A stretch of DNA of 64,000 nt from Macrostomum lignano (GCA_002269645.1 NIVC01001267.1:62001-126000), one strand, 5' to 3'. Shown: positions 37,321-49,450, numbered from the stretch's first letter. Notes: a model not told the origin generated them from the sequence alone. Numbers and translations are program-made.

Positions 37321-39601
37321 AATATTATCTTAATGTAAATATTGTGGGTGTAAAAAAAGAACATGCGGAAAAGCAGAAATTAGAATTTGAGTAAACAAAC
37401 TTTAAATTATGGTAATGAGGATTATTATTAAGATTAGAGGATTGTTAGCTTTAAGCGATAAAAATACACATTAGAAAAGTAGTATCGAAAGAGTAAAAAT
37501 TATTATATATTTAAACATAAATAATAAACAGTGGAAATTGTTTTTTTATTTTAGTATTAGCATCCATACTTCTTTGTCTGTAATCATTGTACTTTAAATC
37601 AGTAGCTCATTTTGGGATTATAGAATTTAAGTGATTAAGCTGGTGATAATGTATTGGAAAGCCACTTATAAGCAAAATTGATATTAGGTTAGCCAATAGC
37701 CTAATATAATACTAAGATGCACAGGGAAGGCCCCTTGCATGCACGCGCTTGCAGCTCACACTGCTGCTAATATCAGCAGCAGTCTGAAGGGTAAGCTCAA
37801 CCGCCTGCAAGTTAGTGATGTGGCAGTCTATTAGTGTGGCAGTTGCAGGCCTAAAGTAACTCTCATGGAGTCATGGACTCATGTTCTCTATTTTATTGGC
37901 TTGTTTATCTTTTAGCACAGTTTGAGTCTAGCAGTGCTAATATTAAACATATAGTAATCTTTTGTAACACTTGGGGTGAAGCACATTTAGTTCCTGTCAT
38001 ATTTATTGTCATTGAAGTCAAAGATCAGTTATATACCGGTATTGTATCAACGTATCGTATTCTTATTTTTAAAAAATTGGATTCTATATTTGAAACTTTA
38101 ACTGTTGTGCTACCTTAGATACATTTTTTTCTAGTACAAAAGTCCTAAATTTTTAATGTATTGTGATAAAACTTAAAAACTCTCCTGCTTCTATCATGAA
38201 CAAGTTATAAAATCTAAAGGTAAGTTTAGTTTTGTTAATGTTTTTCATAGCTGTTGACAACATGAACTAATAACCTTTTTTATTTAATGTATCATAAATT
38301 TATGATTTCTAAAGTTCATATGAGAATGCAGCGATACTATTGTTATTGTAAACTGTCATGCATTTAACACAGTTTTAAACTAAAGTAAAATTATTTAGAC
38401 ACTTTCTCAAGACCTCTAGCAGCACATTGGCTGTGCAATTTTATAATTTTTGGAGGCTAATATCATTAAAACATTACACTGCGGAAACAGGAAAAAAGTC
38501 ATTTTTGCATCACAAAATCAAACGATAGCATTTGATCTTGGTTAATGAAGATTACCATTCTTTAAATTTAGGATGCAAAAGATGTCAGTCTGTTGTATTT
38601 TATACATGTAAGTTGGGTTTAAAAAGTTTTTTCCTAATATATATTAGGAATATATATCTATATTTACTTATTTTTTAGATTTTTACAAGCCAAAAGTTAT
38701 AATTACTCACTTGTAACATTATTTAGCTAAAATATTTTGTTTTGCTTCATCTTGAAGCAATTATATATATAATGCTGAAAATAAAGTGAAAAAGTGACAC
38801 AAAAATAAAATAAATTCAGAGTATAAAAAATGAAAACTAGGAAGATGAAACTTATTAACATGCAACTATTAGTATATAAAATACAGCAGAGTAACATGTT
38901 GTGCACGCTAAATTAAAATAATGGTAGTCCTCATCCTCCAGAATGAAATGCTTTGGATAGTATATTTTGTGCTTAAAACATATTCTCCTCTATGCAGTGT
39001 ATTTTTACAGAAATCAGCCTCCAAAACAATTACAGGATCTCTGAATCTGACTGTATCGTGGGTTGCTTTCACAAGCTCGAAAGTTCACAACATCGAAACC
39101 AGTTATTTTCATAAGCTCGAAATTTCAGAACCTCGAAAATTTCAGCAGCCGACTTCATAAGCTCGAAATTTCTTTCACAAGCTCGAAATTTCACAACCTC
39201 GAAAACCATTTTAGCAGCCACTTTTACAAACCCAAAACTTCATAAGCTCGAAATTTCATATCCTCGAAAATTTTAGCCAGTGACTTCATAAGCTCGAAAT
39301 TTCACAACCTCGAAAACCATTTAAGCAGCCGACTTCACAAGCTCAAAATTTAATATCCTCGAAAATTTTAGCAGCCGACTTCATAAGCTCGAAAGCTAGT
39401 GTGAAAAATACAAATACAGTACATTTTCGAGGTTGTGAAATTTTGAGCTTGTGAAATCGCTTGCTAAATTTTTTCGAGGATATGAAATTTCGAGCTTATG
39501 AAGTTTCGGGTTTGTGAAAGTGGGCTGCTAGTGGTAGGTGAACTGATCAGGCGGATCAGCCACGTCGCCGATTTTCAGGCGGAAGAGGCGGGAAGTCTCG
39601 G

Positions 39602-41751
39602 CTAGCAAGTGGCCGAACTCGCTGCCTGTTCGGCAGCTGATGTCTGGCCTTGCTTCCGTTTCTTTTTCCTCTTCGCCTTCTGCGCCCCATCTTCAGTCGC
39701 ACCAGACTGCTCCGCCTCCGAAGTTGTCGCAGAGGACGGTGCCGCACGTTTCGCAGCGCCAGCACCAGTCGGGGCGGGATTGCCCGTCTGGCGGGTGACA
39801 GTTGTCTCTGGCTCGCTGTCGGAGTCCGAGGTGGACGCAGAAGCTTCTGGCAAGGGCGGCAGGGCTCGTGTCCGGCCAACAGAATTCGCCAACGCCGTCT
39901 CCGAAAGCCGCGCGTATCTCTGACTCACGCTCTCGAACCGAGAATCGAGCTCTTTGAGTAGAGCTAGTTGCGAGCTCTCTGGGGCAGGCGCTGACAAATC
40001 TGGTGCAGCAGCACCCGCCTTGCGGGCCTTGGCCCGCTGGCGTGCCGCTCTGGCCTTCTCCAGCCTCTCCTCCTCCAGTTTCGCGGCTCTGCGCAGAGCC
40101 TCGTTCTCCTGAGCGATGCTACGATTTAGCTCGGTCAGCTTGTTGCTCAGCTTGACCTTCATCGGCCCGATGTCCGTCTTGTGCAGGCCATAGCCTTTTG
40201 CGGACAGATCCAGGTCGCGCTGCGTCTGGACCAATTCCTCCCTCATCGAATTAAGGTTCTCGAGGTAGGAGCGGATATCTGCCTCCTTTCTGCTCCGGTC
40301 CGCGGTAGCGCAATTGCCGACCCAGGGAACCGGCAGTGGTATCCCTGGGCGCTGTCCGTTTAAAGGCTGCTGCTTAGTCGGAGGCCCAGCCGGCAGGTCT
40401 ACATAACTCGGAAGAACTGCTTCCGGCTCGTAGTCGGTATAATCCACCACTCGATAATCCGAGTCTCTCGCTCTAGCTACTAGGGGCCGATTGGCAACGA
40501 AGCCCCCCCCCCCGAGAGTCCCGGAAACGACGCTTAGCTCGGCGTCCAAGGGTTCGCTCAGAAGCGTCGCCTTCGTCTCCGGGATCACAGGGCGGGGCCC
40601 AATCCGGGTCGTTCAAATCGACCTCGAAGCCATAAGCTTCGAAGAACTGTTCCGACTCAAGCGAATGTCATTTGCCGTCGAGCTCGAAGGCCGTGTAGTC
40701 GTTATCCAGATTGTAGAAATCGACCTTACAGCCACGGCGAGCCAGCTTGCCAAGGGCGTTCATGAGCCAGTCGTCAGTGTCCTCGTTCCGCACAGCGAGG
40801 TGGTGGTTCAACGCGACTCGAAGGAAGTCCGCGCTCATCCCATAGTTGAGACCTTCCTTGGTCATCAGATGCACTCCGTAGACGACTCCAGTCGGAGCGC
40901 CGTAGACTCCCCCTGAACAGCCAGGAAGAGTCGAGCCGTCAGACTTGTAGCGGCATCTGATCCGCTTTCCTAAGAGTGCCAGAGCTCGTAATCGGGCCAT
41001 TCTTGCCAACCAGGGACCACATGCTGGTAAAAGCAGCGCTCCTCAACGGAGTGACACGAGCGACCGAAACTCCGAGCCGAGACATCAGGTCAGGCGTAAC
41101 AGGAATCGCCACTACATCGGCGTCCAGATAGATGGAGTTCTCAGTGTGCAAGTTAACCGAGGTGCCAGTCGGGCCAGTTGCAGTTATGTAGGCCGCTTTG
41201 GAAACCACGGCTTCCACGACATGCAAGGGCGCGATGATAAAGGGCTGGCCACAGGCGTCAAAACGAAAACCGTTGCCAGCCGCCCCGTTAGGCCTAGAGA
41301 GGGCAACTAGGCACTTCGGCATGCAAGCAGTGGACCTGAGATCACTCCCAGGAACCAGAGCTTCCAAGCGGTACTTGCCAAGAGCGGGAAACGGCTTAAC
41401 TCCGGCCAAGGTTTTCACCTGGACCATAGGGCCCTCGTCTAACGGGTGGACAGTCCGGGCCTCCCTTTCGGCGGCAATTCTAGCCCTCCTAGCGACGTAC
41501 CAGGCCCACAGGGCGCAAAGGCCTTCCAAGGCCAGAGCGAATAGCACGTACAGGAACGCGAAAGCTAAAATAAATAATAAGATGACTCGACCGTGTCCTA
41601 GTAGTTCCTGCGCCTGGGACAGGTCTTGATTCAAAACCGCTCGAACAACTCCGATGGAACAGAGAATAGAAACGGTTAAGATCGCCACAAAAGTGGACTT
41701 GACTGCAGATTGCAGAGTAGCAAAGATAGTTGTAAGGCCTAAGCCCGCCAT
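39602..41751 (-). pseudogene. Sobemo-like P2a polyprotein (TM, chymotrypsin-like Ser protease, VPg-like, basic C-terminus); two frameshifts and one stop
   Basis: Triad APLHVV / DADVVAI / STLPGCSGG..VYGVHL. Reading through the TGA at 40668-40670 gives DWAPPCDPGDEGDASE. The frame changes in the G11 run near 40503-40513. Confidence 0.78.
40320..40364 (-). promoter_or_regulatory. -1 ribosomal frameshift signal (U UUA AAC plus stem-loop)
   Basis: Heptamer at 40358-40364 is in frame with P2a (P-L-N). CCCAGGGA/TCCCTGGG 8-bp stem lies 7-8 nt downstream. Confidence 0.75.
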
Positions 41752-41778
41752 CGCAACTTTTGCAGGAGGTGCTGCTGC

Positions 41779-41934
41779 TCACGCTGCAGGCACCCTACCG
41801 GCGAGGTCAAGCGCGAACTCGGCGTTATGTCGACTGTCTGCTGGCTGACGCCGGCGCCCCGGACACTGCCGGTGGCGCGGCCTTTGTTCGCGCCCAAGCC
41901 ATGAATCGCGCCCTGTGACGCTGACTTTTGTCAT
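41779..41934 (-). pseudogene. Small 51-aa ORF upstream of P2a (possible viral ORF1)
   Basis: ATG 18 nt after the putative 5' end. Positional evidence only. Confidence 0.3.
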
Positions 41935-42994
41935 CCTGACAGCGTATTTTGTTGTTGTTGTTGTTGCTGCTAGAATGGTTTTCGAGGTTGTGAAATTTCG
42001 AGCTTGTGAAATTTCGAGCTTATGAAGTCGGCTGCTAAAATTTTCGAGGTTGTAAAATTTCGAGCTTATGAAGTTTCGGGTTTGTGAAAGAAAGTGCTTT
42101 TCGAGGTTGTGAAATTTCGAGCTTGTGAAGCGACCCCTGTATCGTATGTATGTATAGCGTCCTGATATAATTCTGCTCTGGGGCGTAGCCAAATAATGGG
42201 GACACTTAGGGGGGGGGATTTTTTCATTGCCTTTGTTTTTTGCTTCCTTCGCTAACATTGCAGTTAAATTTGTCTCTGTCCTGTCCCCCCTGACGACTGA
42301 CGTAAATCTGCCGGTCATCGAAATTTCTCTGAAAGATGGTTTCCTCAAAGTTCCTTGCATATGGTACATTGCATTGCATTCTGCATCAAAGGTTTATAAA
42401 TTCTGTATGTAAAAAGTAGATATTCTTTAATTATTTTCATTGTTTATCATTTTTACAGCGCTGTTTTGCCTTAACTACCTACAGAAAGATGAATTTTACG
42501 GTTGCTATAACAACAAAAAATAAACAATAAAAGCAAAAACTAAAGTGCCAATAAATTATTCTTCTTAGACAGAGCAGCACTTGGTAAAAGTTTTTGCCTG
42601 CTAAAACATTTACCCAGCGCTTATGTGCATGTAGATAAGTAGCTGCTGCAAAAGCCGTCTGTCTGTCTGTTGATCTGTCTGTATGACAAAGCTGTTAAAA
42701 GTCCTTTTGCAGCTTTACTGTCTCGGCTTTTTGCAGTCTCAGCTGGGGCTTAGGGTTAGGGCCCTAATTAGGCGTTCAGACGTTTACATGAACTTTTATG
42801 GTCTTTCTAGACTAGACGCAAGAGTCTAGTCTGTTGAGTCATACTTTAGCACCGTCGTATACTGTCGTACTGTATATATTTATGTATTATGTATTATGTA
42901 TTATGTATATATATATATATTAATGTTAGAGTTAGAAGTTTATATCGTCTAGTCTAGTCTAGACAGACATATATACCCTATATATATATATATA

Positions 42995-44520
42995 CTCAAT
43001 ATGTATGTATAATTCTGGGAACTGTCCGTATGTGAATTACGAATTTGTATGTAATTCGAATTCTGTTCGGGTATTCAAAAAGTTTTGGCAACAGGCTACT
43101 AAAATCTAGTGCAAGCTCATTATTCTAAAAGTAAGGGTTTACAGTCCTTCTATGTAGTCTCCGCCGCGCTCTATGCACTTCTGATGCCTCCGTAGCCACG
43201 AATCAAAGGCGCCGCGGTACTCCGATTCAGTGAATGCCCTCAACTCTGAATTGATAGCGCGCGCCAGGTCTTGCGGCCTCTGAAATTGGCGCCCAGCCAG
43301 CCTCTCGGTCAGTTTCGGGAAGGCCCAGAAGTCGCACGGAGCCAAGTCCGGGCTGTAGGGCGGGTGGCGAACGGTTTTCAGCCGGTTCTCCTCCAGAAAT
43401 GCTGAAGTCATCGCCGCAGTATGGCTTGACGCATTGTCATGGTGAAGGTGGATGCGACCTGGCTCCAAGCGCGTGCGTTGATTTTGCCGCACGAAATCAA
43501 CGACAGCTGGCAGGGCAGTGCTGGTGTAGAAGCTGGCGTTCACATTCTGGCCTTTGGGCACCATGACAACAGCTACTGGGCCACAGATGCTGAAGAACAC
43601 AACGAACATCTGCTTGCGTGAGCGAAATCCTGATCGCAGAACTGTTGGACGCTCTTCATCTGCGCCAATCCAAACCTTGTTCTGGCTCTTGTTGGGCACC
43701 TGGAAGTAGTAAAACCACTTCTCGTCACCGGTGACAATGTCAGAGAGGCGCTTGGTGCCGCCAGAACCGAAGCAGCGCAAGAACTCCTTACTGCAGCGAA
43801 CCCGCTCCTGGCGCTGCTCCTCAGTGAGCTGATGTGGCACCCAACGAGCTGTGATCTTCCTGAGCCCCAGCTGCTCATGCAGGATGGTGAAAACGCTGCC
43901 CTCAGATATGTCAAGTGTCTGGCTCAGCATGGCAACAGAAATGTTTGGGTCCTCAGCCACCAGCGATTGCACAGCGTCAATGTTGCTCTTGGTCACGGCT
44001 GTGCTCGGCCTCCCCGATCGAGGGTCGTCACAGAGGCTGCTCCTGCCGGCGCCAAAAGCCTCAATCCATCGCGCAACGGTGCGATAAGATGGAGCTTGAT
44101 CCCCTATCACCTGTGCTAAGTCGGCATGGATTTTGGTGGCGTTTTCTCCAAGTTGTGCGCGCATGAAGATGTAGAAGCGCGTGTTTTCTGAGCTGATATT
44201 TTCCATAATTTGTCAGAAGCTGAAACGTAGGTATGGTTAGGTGTGAATTGTGCAATAACGGGTGAAGCCATTGAGCTGAAAATTTATATGGTGGTCTCAG
44301 GCATGTTACTAAAAATATCCCTAAAATTTAGTGTGTTTTGCTTGAGCCAAAGTATATCTGCATATGCAGTTGCCAAAACTTTTTGCTCTGCTCTAATATA
44401 TATACTTGCGCTCGGCAGGAAGGAAAAAGATTTCGTATATAGCCGCGAACAGAATTCGAATTACATACAAATTCGTAATTCACATACGGACAGTTCCCAG
44501 AATTATACATACATATTGAG
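42995..44520 (-). mobile_element. Full-length mariner transposon (1526 bp)
   Basis: 75-bp TIRs (42995-43069, 44446-44520); TA on the left, TT on the right; intact transposase. Confidence 0.95.
43139..44206 (-). CDS. Mariner DD34D transposase, 355 aa, intact
   Basis: HTH N-terminus, WVPHQL, VTGDEKW, HHDNASSH, YSPDLAPCDFW; 34-residue D-D spacing. Confidence 0.96.
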   Translation of the reverse strand: MENISSENTRFYIFMRAQLGENATKIHADLAQVIGDQAPSYRTVARWIEAFGAGRSSLCDDPRSGRPSTAVTKSNIDAVQSLVAEDPNISVAMLSQTLDISEGSVFTILHEQLGLRKITARWVPHQLTEEQRQERVRCSKEFLRCFGSGGTKRLSDIVTGDEKWFYYFQVPNKSQNKVWIGADEERPTVLRSGFRSRKQMFVVFFSICGPVAVVMVPKGQNVNASFYTSTALPAVVDFVRQNQRTRLEPGRIHLHHDNASSHTAAMTSAFLEENRLKTVRHPPYSPDLAPCDFWAFPKLTERLAGRQFQRPQDLARAINSELRAFTESEYRGAFDSWLRRHQKCIERGGDYIEGL

Positions 44521-45120
44521 TTGTAGACTATGCTTTCTCCAATCTGAATCTGCACGTTCTGTCGCATACATGCAGATAGTATAAAGTTACTACAGCAAAT
44601 TAGGCAAGTAAGTGACTACAGCTAAACGTTTTTTAATGTTTTCAGTATGCCATTTGTTGTATTCCCGAATACAACAAAATCAGTTTACAGAATTGGAGAG
44701 CTTTATTGAATTTTTATTTGATTAAATTTCTTAATTGGCAAGCCATGCAAGAACCATCCAACCAAGAAGCAGGATAACCGAAAAGCAAAATCATAAGTTT
44801 GAGCTAGAGTGGAATTGTCTTGAAAGCAATTTTTTATCAAAAGCTAGAAATGTTCATCGGAGGCAAAAGAGGTAGAAGAATAGAAGAAGAAAAAGCATAC
44901 TTTATTTAAAGTAGGGTTACAGGAGAAATGAGAACCGCTAAACCGCTAAGCAGAGATAATTAAACTAATATTAATTTTTTTCGCATTTTTTGGAAGCCAA
45001 CAAATAATTTTTGTGCTGAACTCTGTAGCAGACGCTCAGTTAGATGAGTAGGTGCAACAGCATGTGACAAGTTAACTTGACTTGACTTCATTTAGTTTCA
45101 TGTATAATCTTGAGTTAGTT

Positions 45121-45537
45121 TGTTGCAGTTTGTTCGCGTAATTATTTTTACTTTTGAATACACGCCAACGTGTCACGGAGGGTTTAAATTCGTGCTAACT
45201 TGTCATGCCACGTCATCCTAAAAGGCCATAGACACTTTAGGGCAAGTTTTAGTGAGGGAGGAAGGCAGCAATCTTTTACACTGCTCAAGATTTCCCAAAC
45301 CTAGAATTGCTTAAGATTTAAAATATTTCGCAAGTCATGGCAGGACGTCCAGCTGCACCATCATTTATAATCCCACCTGCTGAGGTTGTACCTGCTGCCA
45401 ATCTACTTTTGAGGATTCAGTGACAAAGGAGCGATGTTATAGTCCTGTTAATTTTCACTTATTTGATTGTTCATAACTTCGTGACACGTTAGCGTGTATT
45501 CAGAAGTAAAAATAATTACGCGAAACAAACTGCAACA
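45121..45537. mobile_element. MITE-like element, family unclear
   Basis: About 58-bp imperfect TIR TGTTGCAGTTTGTT(T)CGCGTAATTATTTTTACTT..CGTGTCACG(G/A)A. No clear TSD. Confidence 0.65.
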
Positions 45538-46859
45538 TTGCCGTTAGAAGATATCAGTTTAAATCTTTACGGATTGTATTTATATGAATTAATAAATAAA
45601 GTACTCTTGCCAAACAAGCTGTTCAAGGTTAACTTGAGGGAGGAGAGACTCCGTCTTATTGTCTGTCTGTCTGTGTGTATCTGGCTGTCTATGATAATCT
45701 CTCTTTCCCCTATGATCCCTCTCCCCCAAAAAATAAGTCAAACCATGAAGGCAAGCCAAACTCTCAAAAATGTAACATCGTAAGCGACTTGTCTACAAAC
45801 TTTTCCGAAAAATTCGGCAAAAATCGTGTGACTGCACCTGTGTGTGTATTCTAATATCAAAACATAACTAAAAGTAAGCGCTCGGGACAGAGAACCGCAA
45901 AAAACAAGTCAAAATGAAAGCAAAGAACCCAGAAATCGAAGAAGACACTGTCTTCTTTACTTACCAGAATTAATTTATGGTAGCTGTAGCGAAAGATTTT
46001 AAGCGTCATTTTTAGTCAGTTAATTCTGTTTTCACTGAACTTAAGTTACTAAACCAGTAATTAAACTGGTTTTAAATAAACCTTCATCTGTTTCTCATTT
46101 TCTAATCGTGTTGCTATGGTGACAAGTATCCAGGTATCCAGGCGATATCCAGGTGCAGGTTTGTGGTGCCCCTATGGCATCGCAGCGGCCATGCAGGCCA
46201 TAGGCGTTGAACATCCTGGGCCCCAAGTCCGGCTAGACACAGAAAGCCGACAGCCCAGAGCTTCGGCAATGGCAGAGCGCGCTGGAAGCCCTCGTAGCGA
46301 TCGGGCAGAATCTGAATGAGAGTGCAAAATGTGTTTTTGGCTGGTTAGTCTTGTTATCTTCGTTACATATCGCTGTAGATTCTAGGGGTGGATTCTGGAG
46401 GGTAAAGACCCAGGGGTGGATTTGAACGTTATTTGCTTAAGACGAACGAGTCAATTGTGGATAGAATGTACTTATCTGTTGTAGTAGGATGCAATAACTC
46501 GTAGGATGGTAGGATGCAGTGCCACCAAGTATCAGAACGTAGCCGAGTGGCCAAACCACGGCTAGCCAGCCAGGCTGCTGGGGTGCTGGAATTGAACTTA
46601 ATTGGTTGCATTGAACAGCAGTCCTAAGTAATATTTTTTTAATATAAATCGGAACAGTGTGCAATGCTTTTTTTACTGATTACAACCTGCCAAGCTTATA
46701 CTATGGTATGATCAATAAATAAGGAAGAAATTAAAGGCCAAGATTTTCAATTCAAAAAATGGGCTGAGCAGTACAATTTTTACTTTTTACTTTTACTTTA
46801 CTTAGCACAAAATTTCGCCATTTCGCCAGTTTATATCTGATTGTAGGGAAAGTTCTCGG

Positions 46860-47026
46860 AATTGTCTGTCTGTCTGTCCTTCTGTATGTCTGTCTGTCTC
46901 TCGGTCTGTCTGTCTGCCTGTCAGTCCGTCTATCCTTCTGTATGTCTATCTGTATCGGTCTGTCTGCCTGATTGTCCTTCTGTATGTCTGTCTGTATCGG
47001 TCTGTCTGCCTGTCTGTCCTTCTGTA

Positions 47027-47066
<40 letters not shown>

Positions 47067-47140
47067 CTTCTGTATGTCTGTCTGTCTCTCGTCCTGTCTG
47101 TCTGTCTGTCCATCCGTCTGCCTGTTAGCCTGTCTGTCTG
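46860..47140 (+). repeat. (TGTC)n microsatellite, degenerate
   Basis: Direct inspection. Confidence 0.9.
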
Positions 47141-47285
47141 AAATAGTGAAATTTTATTTTTTTGTGAATTGGTATTATTCTTACCTTGGGGACATCTGTT
47201 TAAAAATGTTAAAAAAACTCCGAAAACTTTCCCCACAATCAGATAGCCCAGCCCGCCCAGCGCAATTTTAAAGTTTTTAAACTTG

Positions 47286-47408
47286 TCACAGCCGCAGGCC
47301 GCTGCTACGAAGGCGCCGAATGCGGCGCCGAGGCAGCGGCGGCGGTGGTGGCGGTGGCGGCGGTGGCGGTGGCGGCGGTGGCGGCGGTGGCGGGGGCGCT
47401 AGATCCAT
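47286..47408 (-). CDS. Candidate terminal exon (poly-Pro, or Ala/Thr-rich in an alternative frame) of a minus-strand gene
   Basis: Acceptor TTTCTTTTCCAG before 47408; GC-rich island; MDLAPPPP..LRL* in phase 0. Confidence 0.35.
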   Translation of the reverse strand: MDLAPPPPPPPPPPPPPPPPPPPPLPRRRIRRLRSSGLRL

Positions 47409-48589
47409 CTGGAAAAGAAACCAGAGTTGAGTGAAAAGGACCATTTTTCGCGCCATCTTGAAACCATAATGATGAATTGCGTCACTTAAAACATAATGCT
47501 AGTGTATGTCTAGAAACCATAGTGCACATGTCCTCCTCATACTACTTTTAGTAGCCTACTCTTCCTAGTTGTCTCGCAGGTCACTCAGATACTCAGGGTG
47601 AACCTCCTGGATTTAAAGGTCTGTGTTCAGTATATTGCTTGTGTATAGGAAAAATTTGTGTGCTTTGGGAGCACTAGAAACGGTGGGAAAGAGAAAAGTG
47701 GATGGCTATGCAATCCTACTAAATTAGTTACGCCATGAAGATTTTAACATCAAGATTCGCATAAGGTAATTTTTTAAATCTAAATGGCCTAAAAATGCAT
47801 ATTTCCTTGGTTGTTACACTGCGGCAGACTGTGATGGAGCTGGAGATACACAAATTCCTCTTAGGGCTGCTGATTGATTAGTTTCAATATTTAAGTTTTA
47901 ATTTCAAGTTGAAATAGGAAGTTTCAACTCTGTAACTCAACCGAAAAAGAAACTGTAAGCATGTGAAGTTTGTCTGCTTTTTCTGTTGTTTTTTCCACTC
48001 ACTCACTCATTCCCCCAGCCCAGACGAAGGGTCAGGCGATAGGGCTGAATGTACATAGCAAATGTACAGTGTTTTGGAATAACTTTTTAATAGCCTTCTG
48101 TGTACCCCCGCGCGTGGAAAGGCTACGTTTAGCCATGACAGTTTAGTGAGAAATTCTAACCACTGTCCTCTGTATTGGCAAACTCTGCAGCAGTTTAACA
48201 GTGGATGGCAAATCGAGGGAATCCAGCATGGTTTGTAAAAGCGAAAGATTTATGAAAAGGCGATGCAATGCAATACAACCCTACTAAATTAGTCACACCA
48301 TGGAAATTTTAGGTTTCTCTTAAAAGTACTTTAAATTTTAAATTTCCTCCTAAGAAATGCGTATTTCCTTTGTTGTTAGACTGATGCAGACTGCAGTGGA
48401 GCTAAAAATACACAAATTCCTTTCAGGACTGCAAATTGGCAAGAAAGATGACATGATAAAAGCATGAGAACAGCCATGAGAGTACTACGTCCCACAAACT
48501 GGCTTTCTAAGCAGGAATGGGCAGACTTTTACTTCAAAAGCCAGATAAAGAATCCAGTATCCAGCTCATGTGCGGGCCAGATGAGAGTG

Positions 48590-49386
48590 GAAAGGAGAAG
48601 GAATAGACTATTAGAAGAGAGGAGAGGCGAGAGGGGGATATGAGAAAACATGGAATATAAGAGGAGAGACAAGTGGTGAGGAGAGAGCAGAGAAGAAGGG
48701 AGGAAGAAGCGAGAGGAGGGGAGAAAGGAGGGAGAGAAAAGAGTAAAGGTGAGAAGAGGGGAGAGATGAGACAGAGGATCGATGAGAGGAGAGTAGAGAA
48801 GAGTGAGAAGAGAGTAGAGATGAGAGAGCAGAAAGAAGATGACAGAGGGTCAAGAGGAGAGGAGAGATTAGAGAGGAGAGAGTAGAAAGGATAGAAAAGA
48901 GAGGAGATAAGAGGGGGAGAGAAAGGGTGAGAAGAGAAGAGATAGAGATAAGAGAGGGGTGTAAGAAGATGGGAGAAAGGAGAGATGAGAGAGTAAAGGG
49001 AAGAGGAGGAGAGAGGAAAAAGATGAGATTGTAGAGATGAGACAGATGAAAGAGGAGATGAGAGATGAAAAAAAGTGAGAGGAGAGTGCAGAGAGACGAG
49101 AGAAGATAATAGAGGAGAAAGAGTATAGAAGAGGGAAGAGAAAAGAAGGGAGGAGTCAGAAGAGGTGAAAGAGAAGAGTACAGAGGGGATAAGTGAGAGA
49201 ACGTATAAGAGAGTAAAGATGACAGATGAGAGAGCAGATGAACAGACGAGAGATGGGAGAGTACAGAGAACAGAGGAGAGATAAGAGAGAAGAGATTACA
49301 GAGACTAGAAGAGAGAGGAGAGACAGGGAGAGAGAAGAGGAAATAGGAGAATGAAGAGGGGAGAGAGTAGAGAGAAGAAGAGAGAT

Positions 49387-49450
<64 letters not shown>

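Larger units (their letters stand above)
39531..41965 (-). other. Endogenous viral element: 5' part of a sobemo-like (+)ssRNA virus genome
   Basis: TM - serine protease - VPg-like - basic tail polyprotein, in-frame UUUAAAC plus hairpin, ACAAAA at the putative 5' end. Flanked by direct repeat GCTGCTA (39524-39530, 41966-41972). Confidence 0.78.
39060..42136. mobile_element. Mutator-like (MULE) foldback MITE carrying a viral insert
   Basis: Termini GGGTTGCTTTCACAAGCTCG / CGAGCTTGTGAAGCGACCC; perfect 9-bp TSD CTGTATCGT (39051-39059, 42137-42145); arms made of AAGCTCGAAATTTCACAACCTCGAAAA repeats. About 635 bp without the insert. Confidence 0.88.

Noticed and set aside
39531-39900. Viral RdRp start near the truncated end
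   Set aside because: No RdRp motif recognised in any frame.
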